From Azolla caroliniana (Eukaryota > Plantae > Polypodiophyta): a DNA stretch of 64,000 bases. Of this stretch, positions 12,086 to 25,895 are shown piece by piece (position 1 is the first letter of the stretch; every line of letters begins with the position of its first letter). The notes beneath the pieces are model-generated. The model saw only the letters and a list, made by a program, of their open reading frames with translations, was not told where the DNA came from and ran no database searches. The stretch is taken from NCBI GenBank assembly GCA_043228905.1, contig JBHGNT010000001.1:8184001-8248000 (forward strand), given 5' to 3'. A program made the translations under genes and the position numbers.

Positions 12086-13358
12086 CAACAATTAATTGAT
12101 AGTTAATTATTTCCAATGTTATTCATCATTTCTTAATAGCTAATCTAATAATAAATTGTTTATTGATTATGGTTTGGCCCCGTGACTTTGTGGTAAGTTC
12201 TTAGGATTTAGATGACTTTTTTGATAAACTTCAATAATGTCCGTACCATGTAAATCATATACACCACACCGTCCATACATGGTAAGCAAGCTCAACTTCT
12301 CTTGCTTGATTTCTTTACATTGGCACTTTCAAAACATGTTCCTTGAGAATCAAAGTTAAGGCTCAACGGCTCTAACTAAGAGAATTAAAAATAGCATAAA
12401 AAATGAGCAACATGAAAAAACTATTGTCGATGACAAATCTCGAGATGCAACAAACTCATCAATTATGAATACATAAATTTTCCTATATGCAAGATTGGCG
12501 TCCTTTAGTGAGCAAAGTGGACCATGTTGCTTCTACTAAACCTTAAGTGCTTGGGTGTTTTGCACTACAAAGATGACACCTCTAAAAAATGTTGAAACAT
12601 TGATCTTTTGGGGAAATTGAAGGAACTCATAAAGGATCAATATGGGAAATTGTAAATCCTCTTTTTCCAAAAAGAGTTTCTACAATTTAAACAAAAAAAA
12701 ACATCACCTTTGGGATGGTTAAGAGAAATGCTTCATGGGGGTCCTCTTTTTTATCCAATCTTACAAATACTCTTTTAAACTTGAAGACTAAGATATTTAC
12801 CAAATGTTTAGTGGCTTATTCAAGGCTTGAGTGTCAATTGCTACTAACAAGGTCTAATGCAAGAGATGACAAATTTAGACAATGCAATTAGCTTTGCTCG
12901 AATATATGGTTGTGGAGATGATTCCAAATTCAAGAGAATTCCATCAAAATGAGTTTTTAGAGTTCCAATGCTATGTCTAAATTTGTCGAGTGTTTTTTTT
13001 TATAATATGACCAATCGAATGAAAAAACCATTGTTCCTTTGATGACAATTATTTTTGCGGATGGGTTTCTAATCTCTGGGTCTAAACTCGACCCGATAAT
13101 TCACAACTTCTGGTCCGCGAGGAAGTAAGTTAGTTCTCGAGTCGATGGGTCTTATCAAAACCCAATGAGATGCTTTCGTCGTGCAATCACATGTTTCACC
13201 AACTTTTAACACACCTAGTGTTGCCTAACTGATTAGGGGGTAGTTAATTACTTGGCTAATCCCACTAATACTTGGATAAGGTATCATCATCTCTTGAAAT
13301 ACTTTGGATCCAGGATCCTGAAGATGATTCTTCCATAGCCATTATTATTTCCTTCAAC

Positions 13359-16300
13359 ATGAATGTTTTCATGAAAGTACCCACAACTGTATTGCTGCCT
13401 TCATCATCACAAGCATTCTCACCATCATGTGGTAGTTCTTCTTCTGCTTCAAAGTTAAGGTTTTGGAGGATCAATGGCTTTGTGGATTGTGTGCATTTTC
13501 GCAGAAAACTCACAACCCATCTCAGACTTCGTCCTCCCAGACCCTGTTTCCTTGTTTCTTTTTCTATTGGGATGGATATGGAGGAGAATTTGGATACTGA
13601 AACTCTAGAAGAAGAAGCAGATGAAGATAAAGACTTCTCTCAGAAAAAGAAGAAGAATGCATCTGATCTTACACTTGAGCTTCTTCAATGGCCTCGACTT
13701 TTGGAGATTCTCTCTTCTTTCTCTGGCACTTCATCTTCTAAAGAAATCATCCAAGTAAGTGATTTCCATATTCATACTTCAGTTTCTGACTATATGGAGA
13801 TGTAAAAGAAAGTAAACTTATTTTCCATACTGTAGGCTCTTTGCACGAAACTTAATAGTACCTATATTTTATTTTATTTTCAATCAAGTTATAACTGATT
13901 ATGATCAAAATGAACACATCAGGAAGCTCGAATGAATCATACCTAACCATTGGAGAGCAAACATGGAAGATTCCAATGTTTGAAACATTTCATTATAAAA
14001 GGTCATAATGTTGAAATATTCTGACATGATATGAATGGTTATAGGGGTTAAACAACACAGCATATTGGAAATCATATGGATTTTGGGTTTTTTTTATTAG
14101 GAAATTGTTTATTTCGGAATCAAATCTCTTTTCAATGTAGGATCGATGGTAACTATGGATGATAAATAACGATGATAAGAGTTCCAGATGTAATTCTACT
14201 TTCTATGAGCGTACACATAATCATACATTAATGGTGTTAATTAATCCCTATGTAAGTATATGTATGCAATGGGGTACAAATTTTACCTTCCATTTGGTGG
14301 TATGTTTGCATTTCAAGATATTAATTTGCTGTTTAATCAAGCCATAAAAGATTTTTGAACATTCAAAACTTGTATTGTATTTGCGAATTCAGAGATTTGG
14401 AGATTCGTAGAGATGATCATGTTGACTTTACATCAGTCTTTTTGAGTTTTACCCCATGGATTGCCCAGTTTTTTATTTTTCCTTTTCTGGCCACACCTCG
14501 ATGCTGAATTATATTCATGGCCTTTGTATTCTATGTTTATATACGTGTATTAAATAGAAATTATACATGGAGATAATAAATTATACTTTTTTTTTTGGTT
14601 TTTGAATTGAATAAAGAGAAAAACATTTGCTTTCTGATAAGATGATATTATGAATACCTGCGGCTCCTAGATCAGAATGTCTTTGGTGATGATTGGATTT
14701 TGATAGTTAAAATGATGATTCCATATTGCACAGAGTTCCACACTTCCTTCCACCCAGAGTGAAAGTGAGAATCTTCTCTTAGAGACAACTGCAGCTATAG
14801 ATCTTCTCGCATTTTTGGGAAGTAGCCTTGGCTTTGCAGGCGTTGAATCAAAGTTGGTGAGCACTAGCACAAATCCTTAAACAACTTATTCTCAATAATT
14901 GAGAGAAATAGTCTTGACTCGAAATGGTTTTATATGCGCGTTTTGTTCATGTAGGTAAATTCGTGTATTATTCGCTTGCAAAAGGGTTTTGTCATTAATG
15001 GAAAAGAAGCGGTAGCTATTCTCATGTTATTCCAGTTCACAGATACCGTACGGCGTGATATAAAGATGGGCATGGAGCAGAACTTGCTTTCAAACAATGC
15101 TCTGAATATCTTCTTAGAGACAGTAAAGAAAAGCTAACTCTATTTGAATTAGAGTTTTTACAATTATGCTTCGATTTGCTTAGCATTACTCAAAAATGCT
15201 TGTTGCTTTTTGCAGATATGTACCCTTGGCTCTCAGCCAGAAGTCACAAAATCTATCATGAAGACGGTGGATGAGGATGGAAATGTGAAGGACAGTGCGG
15301 TATGGTCTGAAAATGCTCTTCTACTAAATTATTTTAAAAATCATGATTAGGTTATTAAACTCGGCAAAGTATATATTAAATTACATAAGTTTTACAAAGT
15401 ATATGTGTAAAACAACAGCAAGTTTGTTAAATGGGACTGATTCATTGAATGTAGAGTTGACATTTTACCACAGAGTGCCGAATTACAGAGAGCTAGGGTT
15501 CAGTATCGATTGCTTCAAACCAAGGTGAGCATTTAAATTTGATAAGATTTTAAGGATTGGGTATATTTGAGTAGAATGTATTAATGCCTATTTGGTAAGT
15601 TTTTATGGTTTTAAGATTGGCTAGGTTTCAGGTTCAAGATCTACTGAGGAGCATTATTAAGGATCAAGAAGGCAGTGTAACCACACAGGTTTTTTTTGTG
15701 TGTTTTTGTTTTTGACCGATGATGCTTTTTCACTTGAAAAGATGAAAAATGAAAAATGAATTGTCATATTAAAGCAATTCCCTATTATAAATAAACTTTC
15801 TAGGAAGTGGATGGAAGGTATTGCATTGCTGTGTCTAGCGAGAATCAGAACACCTTTCCAGGTTTACTTCTTCAAAGGTTAGAATTATTTATTTATCCCT
15901 TCATTTCAAGAGAAATATATCCTATTCTGGGTGATGCCATCTCTAGGTTGCTGTTATTACTTTATTTTGACCATCATTTTGTTTTTGCTACATGAGCTTT
16001 GAGCAATGTAAACAATGTCTCAAAAAAGAGACAAAATAGATGTAACTAATGAATGAATAGTGGCCACTATACAGTAGAGTCAATCCACTTGGATCATAAA
16101 CAATGGAGTGACTAGCTCTCTCATTACAGGTTGCAGCTCTATACTTTAAACTAAGAATAAATAATTAGCAACAAATGGTTAGAGGTATCTGAAGATATCC
16201 ATGCAAGATTACGTGATAAACAGAAGAAATATGAGCATGCTTTAGTACTACGGAAAAAGGTAGATCTTTAAGGTCATGGAAGGAATATTTTCGTACTAAC

Positions 16301-19300
16301 ATGTTTTTTTATCTATAACAGTGGTGTTGGAGGATCTACAAGCTATATCGAGCCAGTTGCTCTTGTTTCAATGAATGACAAGCTTGCTGAAGCAAGAGCA
16401 TCTATTTTGAAGGCAGAATATGAAGCGTTGAAGATTCTTACAAAGAAGGTTTGGTGAAAATGCAACTTATGCAGTTGATATATAGAATTTTGTTTTATTA
16501 TGTTGTTATAGTTTCTTTGGACAGCTCAATTTAATAGTGGATCCACTACAGTTGTTGCCTCATGTGGAGAATATAGCTGTTGTTCTAGAAGCGGTGATCC
16601 AGCTTGACGTGGTATGATGGCGATGGTTGATGATGTTGCTATAATTTATATTCACAAATCAATGGATTCCGATCACTTGTGGTCTTTTCTTGTGCATACT
16701 GAAATCTTTTTTCTTCCAAGATATGATAAAAGTACTCATTCTAAAAATAAGTTATTGAGAAAGGAACTAGTCCTGTGTACAAAAAAGCAATTCGGATGAA
16801 CTTCTTGTACAATTGACTAGATCTCATCCAATGGAGAAAACTGAAAACGCACACAAAAGGGGCTGGCATAGAGCCACTTTGGTTGTCCATCTATCTATAT
16901 GTCCATTGGAGATATTAGGAGTTGAAAGTGCAAAAGAAAATGATGAGGTCTCGTGTTCTGAAGACGGTGTTCATTGTTGTCGCACCTGTAAAAGTGTGGG
17001 GAAAAATATCCCTGCACTTACTATTAATGAGGTAGATCTGACCTATAACCATCTTGCTTTTAGAGGTCCACATGTACCAAGCATGGATGGTCTATTACAA
17101 CTAGGAAAGTTAAAAATCTCAAACCAATTGAGTGGATACTTTCTGGGCAAAAAATAATTAGAACCTCACACTAGAGTTCCAATGTAGCTGTTGTCTAATG
17201 ATATCTCTGCCTCTGTTACAGGGTGGGTCAAAAAGGATTTTGTTGTTCATATCATCAAGTCTCAAGGTGGAAAAGCAGATGTTTGAATCTGGCATGTGTG
17301 ATGGTCTTGACTAGAATGATCTTTTTTTTCTCTTTCATTGTAGCATCCGAGTTAGGTTCTACCTAATAGGTAGAGTTACGGGGCTGAGAAATAATGGGGG
17401 ATTATAACATGGTATAACAAAAGAAGTTTATATTGAAATCTGAAATGAAAAACTAAGCTTATTTCTCGAAATTTCACCGTTTGGAACTTCCATCAATTTG
17501 GTTCTGGGTCAATTAGGCAAGCAAAGAGCATGCCTAATGTTGTTGGCGATGTTCCTTGTTAGGAGTTCTTGGAAATCTAGTACAATTATTTTCTAGCTTT
17601 CAAGATGCAGTGAAGAGGGTAGCAAGGAGAGAGGGCGGAGGTGAGATGTATATGAACATGGAAAAATGGAAAAATCCAAGGCCCTCATGGCACCTGGAGC
17701 TCTACTTTGCTTTTGTGTGTAAGTTGTAACCTCACGCAGGAGAAAATGTGGCACAATTTTGCATTCAACCGTACAATTAGCACCCATACATCATTATTAG
17801 AGCTCCTCTATTGTTTATATCATGTTTAAGGTAGTAAAAGACCACTCATACTGCTGCATAGAACAAGCAAGAAGTAGCAGGGCTTATTCAAAATTCAATG
17901 TATTTGTAGATCATAGCACGTGCAAAGTTCAGTTTGAGGTATCAAGGATCCAGGCCAAATTTCACTACTTCTCAAGGGTCATCAAATGGCAGTGAATCTC
18001 ATGAAGGATTGTTAATACATCTTAAACAGGTGCAACATCCTTTGCTTTTGCACCAATATCAAGAGCAAATGCATGCACTCAAGCTGAAAGCACACAGGAG
18101 AAAAAAGGTAAGTTACAGTGCAAAACATTTTCTACCATTCCCCAAGATTGAGTAATTATCATTGGTTGATAACTTCATTTGTAATGAGCTTCTTTGTATT
18201 TTCCTTTAAAGTTAGGCTACATGGCACATGTCTGGTGGACTAAATGTACAGTACCAATACGTTATTGTTTTGAAAAATAAAGAAATAAATATAGTCCCGC
18301 CATTTGAATATAGCCTTGATTAGAATATTTTCCTTTGGCTGCTTTATGCATTGGTATGAATCAATGTCAGGTTGGGCCTTGCTTCTAACGAGATTTATGT
18401 GGTGGCTGGCACTGTTGGAGTGAAGCAAGTATGCTCTTTATTGATTAGATAAACCCATCTAAGGTCAACAGCTTAGTAGTGATATAGGACATCCACATAC
18501 GTTCGCTTGGGCATCGCTACACTAGCCGTCTATATACTTACATGAACGTTTCACAACTGTTGATAAGAAGTCTGCATGCACCATTTTGTAGACTGCAGAA
18601 TTATCGTTTGGGGTTCAATGATTGATAATTGATAATTTACATAGTACCTCTGATAATTTATATTGAATTGTCTCTGTATGTCATGGAAACATTATCATTT
18701 TCCGTTTTGTATGTGTATAGACATTGGGTGTAACAGTAAATGGTAGATATGCCTTTCCATGTTTAACCAGAAGGTACTGCCTTCACACCTAAACAATGAA
18801 GTATTGTGCATTTGTAGCTTTAATTTTCAAGCACTCTTAGCCACATTAAAACGTTAGTGAACAACTATGATTACCTCCAATGCAACTGGAATCTCTGTTA
18901 TGCTGTTCACATGGAAGAACAAGTGTGTGGGCATGGAAAAAGCCAGTCCTTGGGAGCATGAACAGAACCTAATTTACAGAGTAGGAGAACACCTATAGGC
19001 TTAACAATAAAGGCATAGGGAATATACTTTCCTAATCTTACATTCACCTGTTCACAAGACCACCCTCTAGTCAAGGACGCACACAATTTAAGGCATGGAA
19101 ATAATGCTATAGCCTTCATCTCCACCTGCACTATTCATTGCTCTATTCCCTAATCATTTACTGCAGTCCTGGGGGCCATGTGTATATAAGACCACTCTTT
19201 TATAACACGGTGAGTTTCTTGCTGCCTGTTGCCTTTAATGTCAGTTCTTGCTGTTGGGGGGGAAGTTGTAAGCTAAGGAGTCTATTATGGAATGAGCATT

Positions 19301-22300
19301 GGTGCTTTGATATGCCTTGTCTTATGAGAAAGGGAGAGAGAGGGTGAGCATTCATGGAGGCATCCCACAAGAGGGATCTCCATTGTGTTGATGCTCTTGT
19401 GATCAAGAGGGATATTCAAGTTGGGACCATGGAGGCCAGCTTGTTTAACCTCAGTGGCCAACCAAACTTAGGCATTGAATAGCCCTCACTTTCAAGTGGC
19501 GAGACATTCTTGCTAAATCCAATGGACCCCAACCCTTTGGCATTCCCACCGGGTGGAACTCACCATGGAAAGTGGAGGGGAGAAGCATAGTAATGATGTA
19601 TGGAAAACAGTACAGTCACCCTCTCTCTCACCCTCTTGCCTTTTCGATCGCCCCCTCTTACACTCCAATCATCATGCTTTTAGGGACTTCCTAGCTTGCA
19701 ACCTTCCACTAGCAACAAGCACAATCATTGAGGAAATAATTAACTTACCCTTTCTTATAAAAGGGTAGTGGAGGTGGAGGCTCTAGCATTTTTCCATAAC
19801 CTTAAATAGTGAGTATCCTTGGGAATGAATAGATACATGTAAAGAAGATGAATGTATAATTTCCATGTCTTCAAGGATAGGCCTTAAGGGTGTCCACCCA
19901 CCCTTTACATTAGGTCAGTCTCAATGCCTAATATCAGTCTCAATGCACCTAAGGGTTGGTTTTCCCCGCTCTCACAATGCATGAGTTGGGCATGGGTTGT
20001 ATGATAAGTTAGTGTCTAATGACTGATTTTCCCTTGTCTAGAATATAGTCTATTGCTGATTTAGTCAGTCCACTAGAGTAGAGGGGGATTAGTTTTAGTA
20101 AGGATCTCATGTGTGACCCATAGAATAATGGGTTTGAGGAGTTGGAATTTGCCATATGGCATTCTTATTGTTGTTCTGAGGATTACAATACAAATTTTAT
20201 GCAGATTCCATAAAACCTTAGGAGATCCATTTGTAATGTTAACGATTTTTCTCATGGTGATATCAGCCTATCTTACGATATGCAGGAGGTTACGACAAGT
20301 TTGTCTCCACCAGTTCCAATTGACATTAGCATACCACAAGAGATAAGGGTTGTGACAATCACTGGTCCCAACACAGGAGGCAAGACTGCTGCAATGAAGA
20401 CACTAGGACTTGCTACTTTGATGGCAAAACTTGGTCAGAGTTCATTATTAAAATTTTAATATCAACCACATTTTCTTGGAGTTTGTAATGAATTGGATAT
20501 TAGTGCCAAGTTCCAATGTTATTAATTTACAATTGAAATTCGGATGTAGGCTTGTATGTACTTGCAAAAGATCCGGTATATCTTCCATGGTTTGATGCAG
20601 TTTTTGCTGATATAGGGGATGAACAGTCCCTCTTCCAGTCTTTATCTACATTCTCAGGTCATTTACGTCGAATCAATGTAAGAACTTGATAAAGTTTTTG
20701 AATTTAAACGAGTTGCTATTTCCCTTCTTTGCTTTTTACCTTCTATTATGCAGCAGCAATGACATTACGACTTGTTTATTTTCCTTTTTTTTATTGAAGC
20801 ATTTAGAGGATTGAGCCTAGAATGCTTATAAAATCGTGTGTCTGCTTGCAGCACATTAAGGAGTCTTGCACATCGAAGTCTCTAGTTCTGCTTGATGAGG
20901 TAAATACAGTGATAGAACTTCAAATCTTGATTATCAGCTATATTCAAATAACAAAACAACTTCTATAAAATTTACCCAAATTTGAAGCCCTTTTTGTGCT
21001 ATAACTATTTGTTCTACTAGGTGTCTAGGTGCACCACTTGGAAACCTTTTCATATTCACTATTTCGTTTTCCTTTTACATATTAGGGATGTACCCTAATG
21101 ATAACTGAGTTTTACTAGTCATGCGCTTGGGCTCAAACTAGATGCCACTGTGGAATGTAGGGGGTTGAACACATGATCTTTGGGTTTCCACCAGTCAACT
21201 TATCACTATTGTCTCTACTAGCTGCACCATTGTTTTCATTCCTGGTAACGTTTTATTCCTCACACTATCACATGTTATATAGGTTGGGACAGGGACAAAC
21301 CCTATCGAAGGAGCAGCTCTTGGAATGGCAATATTAGAGTCTTTTGCTGGAGATGGAGGAGGGAGTGCTCAATTAACGTTTGCCAGCACACATCATGCTG
21401 AATTGAAGACATTAAAGTACAGGTAGCAACAGATGTTCTTTTTTGTTTGTCCTCTTTTCTCTTGAGTCGTTGTTTCAAAGGAAACTATTGCCAATACAGG
21501 AAAGGGATATTGCTTTTGCAGGATGAGTATGCTTTGAAGGGATATTTCTACTTGAGAATGAGTGATCATGCTATGATGTCTTTGAGAGTATGCTTGTGAG
21601 AATGTTTTGTGCTAAGGTGTCATTGTTAGTATGCTTGTTAGATGATTTTGGCCCTTTCTTCTTTAGTTCAGAGGATGTATATATTACCAAGACTTTTTGC
21701 TGAATAGTTGTTCTGCAAGAGAAAATTGAAGAGAAAAGATTGAGTAGGCTGAATGAGTTTCTGTTTATGAATAGATTATGTCAGTATATGGAGTCAGAAT
21801 ACCAGAGGGAAAATATTTGATTCCATTATATTGTGGTTTGTGAAACCCAATTGTTTTTCATTAACCTAGGTGTATTATCCAAATGATGAACTCATGCATG
21901 GCTAGGTCCAAAGGATTTAAACCTTAGATGCATTGTTGAGCGTTGATGGGCAAAATTTTAGAAAGGGAAACATCTGAGGGTATACAGGGTATCTTTAAAA
22001 CAAACTAGTTCTTATTTCTGTGATCATTTTCTGAATATCTTCTCTTTTTTATTTTATTTTGTTAATGGAGTCGGAACTTCTTTACAGTGATCGTAGGTTT
22101 GAAAATGCTTCTGTAGAGTTTGATGAAGAAACACTGAAGCCAACCTATAGGCTTCTATGGGGTATTCCAGGTATATAAAATTCAGACGGGTTCTTTACCA
22201 GCTATATACCAAAATGCTTTAGAAATGATGGGTTCTTTGTAAAACTTGGGTGGTCTAAAGGGATGATGGTTTGGTGCATGATATGATTAGGAAGAGAGAG

Positions 22301-24404
22301 ATGGGCAGATAGAAAGATCTCAAAGCATAATGCTTATTTTGCAACATGCATGTGTTAATGGATTCATTCTCAACATGTACATTGTTGATGGTGATGTGCA
22401 TGTTCATGTTCATGTACATGCTCATGTACATGCTCATGGATTGTGCCAGTTCCCGTGTTCTATTTGTTTGTGTAGAGACTTTATTATGGTATGAACCATC
22501 CCATAGAAATGTTCTGATGATGAATCAATTAATTTTTTCTGTAAATTCTTCAGGTAGGTCTAATGCCTTGAATATCTCTCAGAGGCTTGGTGTTCCAAAA
22601 CAGATATTAGAAACTGCACACAAACAGATTGGAGTTGGTACAACAGAAATAAACCAGGTCAGTATATTGCGATTGAATAATTTTCTTAACTAGTATAATA
22701 TGTTTGTAATATTATGACACATTGTATTTCCTTTCAATAGTTTCTGGGTTATTCTGAATCCAATGTTAGAATTTTGACATTTCCAACTGTTTTGTGCATA
22801 AAATCCTGCAAATTTCACACTTTTGTTTTCCTACTTTACACATGTTGACAGAAATGCATATTTTGAAACAACTTAATTTTATGCCTTTTGTCTCTATGAT
22901 AGGTAATTATGGATCTGGAGAAATCTAAGCGTGAATTTGAGAATGATCTTTTTGAAGCGGAACAATACCTGAAGTAAGTCTTCTTTCTTGAGAAAGCATC
23001 TGATCATTGTTGGAGCTTTGTTGCGAGAAACTTGATTGCAGACTTAATAACATTATTGCTACACTTTTTGAGACCCAAATATAAGATTCGGGTTACAAAA
23101 TGGTTGCCCTTGTATAGCTTATATGTCTGCTGATATAGCTTTCTAAATATAGATTCCTATGATCATCCTATGAGTTACATCTGCATATTTCCTATCATCC
23201 TTCATCTGATCTTTCATGGAGATCTTTCCATATTATAACTGCCAAACCATATCTTATTTGCCTAATTCTACACTGAAATGCTCATGGATGATCTGTATTA
23301 ATCACTAGTGCTTGATAATAAGCATAATCGTGCGATAATTCTACACGAAAATACTCATTGATTATCTGTATTAATCAGTAGTGCTCAATAATAAGCATAA
23401 TCGTGCTATAATTCTACACAAGAATACTCATTGATTATCCGTATTAATCACTAGTACTTGATAATAAGCATAATCGCGCTATAATTCTACATGAAAATAC
23501 TCATTGATTATCCGTATTAATCACTAGTGCTTGATAATAAGCATAATCGTCACATGATTGTTGTTTCTTTTTCAGGAAGGCAAAAAAGTTGCATGGGAGC
23601 CTAGAGGAGGCTGCAGAACTTATGCAGGGTGAGGATGAGTCTTCACTGTTGGGTGCTTCGAGTTTGTTACAAGAGGTGGCACGCAAAGCTCGAGCTACGT
23701 TGACATCCATTCATCTCAAGAAATTACAAACAGTGGATAACACCATCCCTAGTATCCCTCCAGAAGGATCATCATCATCTAGATCCACAGGTAAAACCTA
23801 TACATATGTGTGTTCGTAGTTTATAATGATTTCAATTGGAAGAATGTCAAAGATTGTCCTAGTAGTTAGGACCTTGCCCTATAAACATTCCATTGGTTGG
23901 GAGTTCAACTCGCACCCTCGCCCTTGATGACTTTGAATTAGCAATTAAACTCCCTCAATTAAGAGGAAAACAATGTGCCTGCAAATAGAGTGGTTCACCA
24001 GTGTTCGAATTTATAAATATTGGAATTGCAATGTGTAGGTGGATCGACAATAGTACAAGTCCCTGCCAAAAAACAGCTCTCTGACACAATCCCGAGTTCG
24101 AACACCCCAAAAGGTATATTATCGTTGCTTTGCAATCACTCACAGATCCAGGATTTTCCAGATGTCCTCATTTGACAAAATGCGTGTTAATGTATTATAC
24201 ATACAATCTTTGCATGTTAATGTGTTTTATTCAGGTGAAACTGGAATGCCACAAGTGGGTGAGATGGTGCGTGTGCCAAAACTTAGGAAGGACGCAAAAG
24301 TCGTCCAAGTGTTGGCTGGGAAAAAGATAGTTGTAGTGCAATCAGGGTCTATTCAGCTAAGGTTGAGCTTCTCAGACATTGAGAGAGTTAATCGGAGACA
24401 ATAA
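13359..24404 (+). CDS. MUTS2: Plastid-type MutS2 family ATPase without Smr domain (MutS2B-like), ~853 aa; 20 exons: 13359-13754, 14734-14856, 14955-15122, 15216-15299, 15474-15524, 15632-15688, 15804-15877, 16322-16448, 16552-16611, 17910-18107, 18721-18773, 20222-20433, 20550-20677, 20852-20899, 21283-21422, 22088-22170, 22554-22657, 22903-22973, 23576-23790, 24235-24404
   Basis: Ser-rich transit-peptide-like N-terminus; LQWPRL; HPLL; Walker [11 protein letters not shown]; [21 protein letters not shown]; Walker [21 protein letters not shown]; ASTHHAELK; [29 protein letters not shown]; C-terminal KOW-like [14 protein letters not shown] followed by a stop. Exon phases are consistent (2562 nt). 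The small exon 18721-18773 is inferred from phase only. Confidence 0.92.
18930..19900 (-). mobile_element. Probable decayed LINE ORF1 remnant in a MutS2 intron
   Basis: GC-richer intron insert. Minus-strand fragments ([22 protein letters not shown] and a degenerate zinc-knuckle-like [11 protein letters not shown]) loosely resemble L1 ORF1. Many stops. Confidence 0.3.
21115..21235 (-). mobile_element. Candidate tRNA-derived SINE fragment; related copy at ~47370-47403 on +
   Basis: The reverse complement tcatgtgttcaaccccctacattccacagtggcat matches 47370 tcatgggttcaacccctacattccacaatgacat. It contains a B-box-like G(G/T)GTTCAACCC. Confidence 0.4.
23281..23551. repeat. 73-bp minisatellite, ~3.7 copies, in MutS2 intron 18
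   Basis: Units ctcattgattatc(c/t)gtattaatcactagtgcttgataataagcataatcg... start at 23281, 23354, 23427 and 23500. Confidence 0.9.
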
Positions 24405-25346
24405 CATGCTCTTTCTATTCAAAAACCTTCCATACAGCATTTCAAACGTCTCCATTTGTTTGTAGACCAGTGCTCTCGTCTTTCTTTGAATGTTTTATAG
24501 TGGTCCTAAAGATACAAGGTTATCACATCCTTGTCATGATTATTTTTTGTGGATTCTCTCCGTGATGTCGAAGGTTCCCATAATAATTTTGCTATGAAAA
24601 GAATATGCATTGATTTCTATAATTGTGGTTGCTCCAAGAACTGTGTATGCTTTCATTCATGAAATCAGCATTGTAACATAATTGGATTGAAATTGGGTAA
24701 AAGATTCCCATCCCAGTCTTCATTATATCAAATGAGAGTGGATTGCCATACATTTTTGTTGCTGTAACGTTGTTTTCAACTTCGGCCACACAAATATCAA
24801 ATGGATGATTGTATGTATTTTTTATTCCATTGACGACTATTGTATTGCTTTTTCTTGTAATTTTAGAGCATTGGCAATTACATTCAATTCTTTAAATTGT
24901 CATTGATGACGATAAGAAGCCATATACATATTCCAGTCTTCGTAGAGAAACAAGTTATTCTTGCCCTGATATTGGGAGCGAATTCATGAGTTGACATATG
25001 TGAAGTTGTAGGTGAAATAATCACATTGACTAAATCATGGTAAGATATTGTTGTCGCATTGTGGTTGGTAGGTAGTGTAGTGTTGAATATTAATAGTATA
25101 GTTGAAGTAGCTTCTTGTTTTCTTGATTGGATCAACCCCATTTAAACATTTCGATTAATAGTAACATACTACGCTTCACAATTTCCCATTTACTTAAGGA
25201 AAAAATGTTGCTTGAATTCGAAGAGAGCATAACTAATGAGGGCAAATGTCCATAGTCGACTAGTGTCATCACTTGTGCACCAACATCTTGCTACCTTAAC
25301 ATAATCTGTGCGTGTGGTTTTTGCTTCAATGAAATATATATATATA

Positions 25347-25824
25347 GGAAAGTGCTATTTGCCCCCCCATTTTGGCTATCCCCCCCTCCCCCCCCCCCCC
25401 CCCCCCCCTATTTTTTTTACAATTTTTGAAAGCGTTTGATGAGGAACATCAAGCAAAGATTGTATGAAACTGACGAAGACCAGGTTACTGTTCTCATGAC
25501 ACGATTGGATGAAGCAAGTCAGGCACCATTGCAGTCTCTCTCCAATTCAGTGGTGGTGACTAGGAAGTGAGGTCACCCTACAGGGTCGAAGAACAAAAAG
25601 GCCAACCAAAGGGAGAAGTCACTATTTGAGTACTCTACCGGTCGCAAATGTTCCAAATGTGGTCAAGTTGGTCACAATGCACGCACTTGCGATATGCGAG
25701 AATTTGAGTTATGCTGAGTTTTAATTAATTAATAAACAATTTCATTTGGTTATATTAGGTTCTATAAATTTGGGGGGGGGGGGGGGGGGGGATAGCCAAA
25801 ATGGGGGGGCAAATAGCGCTTTCC
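25347..25824 (+). mobile_element. Non-autonomous Mutator-like (MULE) element, 478 bp, retaining the transposase C-terminus
   Basis: TIRs GGAAAGTGCTATTTGCCCCCCCATTTTGGCTATC-(C)n and (G)n-GATAGCCAAAATGGGGGGGCAAATAGCGCTTTCC, flanked on both sides by (TA)n. The interior translates ...VVTRK*GHPTGSKNKKANQREKSLFEYSTGRKCSKCGQVGHNARTC, a MULE-type RGRP motif remnant plus CCHC knuckle. Confidence 0.82.
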
Positions 25825-25844
25825 TATATATATATATATAATAT

Positions 25845-25893
<49 letters not shown>
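25825..25893. repeat. (TA)n and (GA)n microsatellites
   Basis: tatata run followed by about 24 GA units. Confidence 0.95.

Positions 25894-25895
<2 letters not shown>

Noticed and set aside
10900-13050. Possible gene or transposase between OR and MutS2
   Set aside because: Only short ORFs and small duplications; no motif or termini I could support.
23855-23920. Intact tRNA gene
   Set aside because: Only degenerate A/B-box-like motifs are present and I could not build a cloverleaf.
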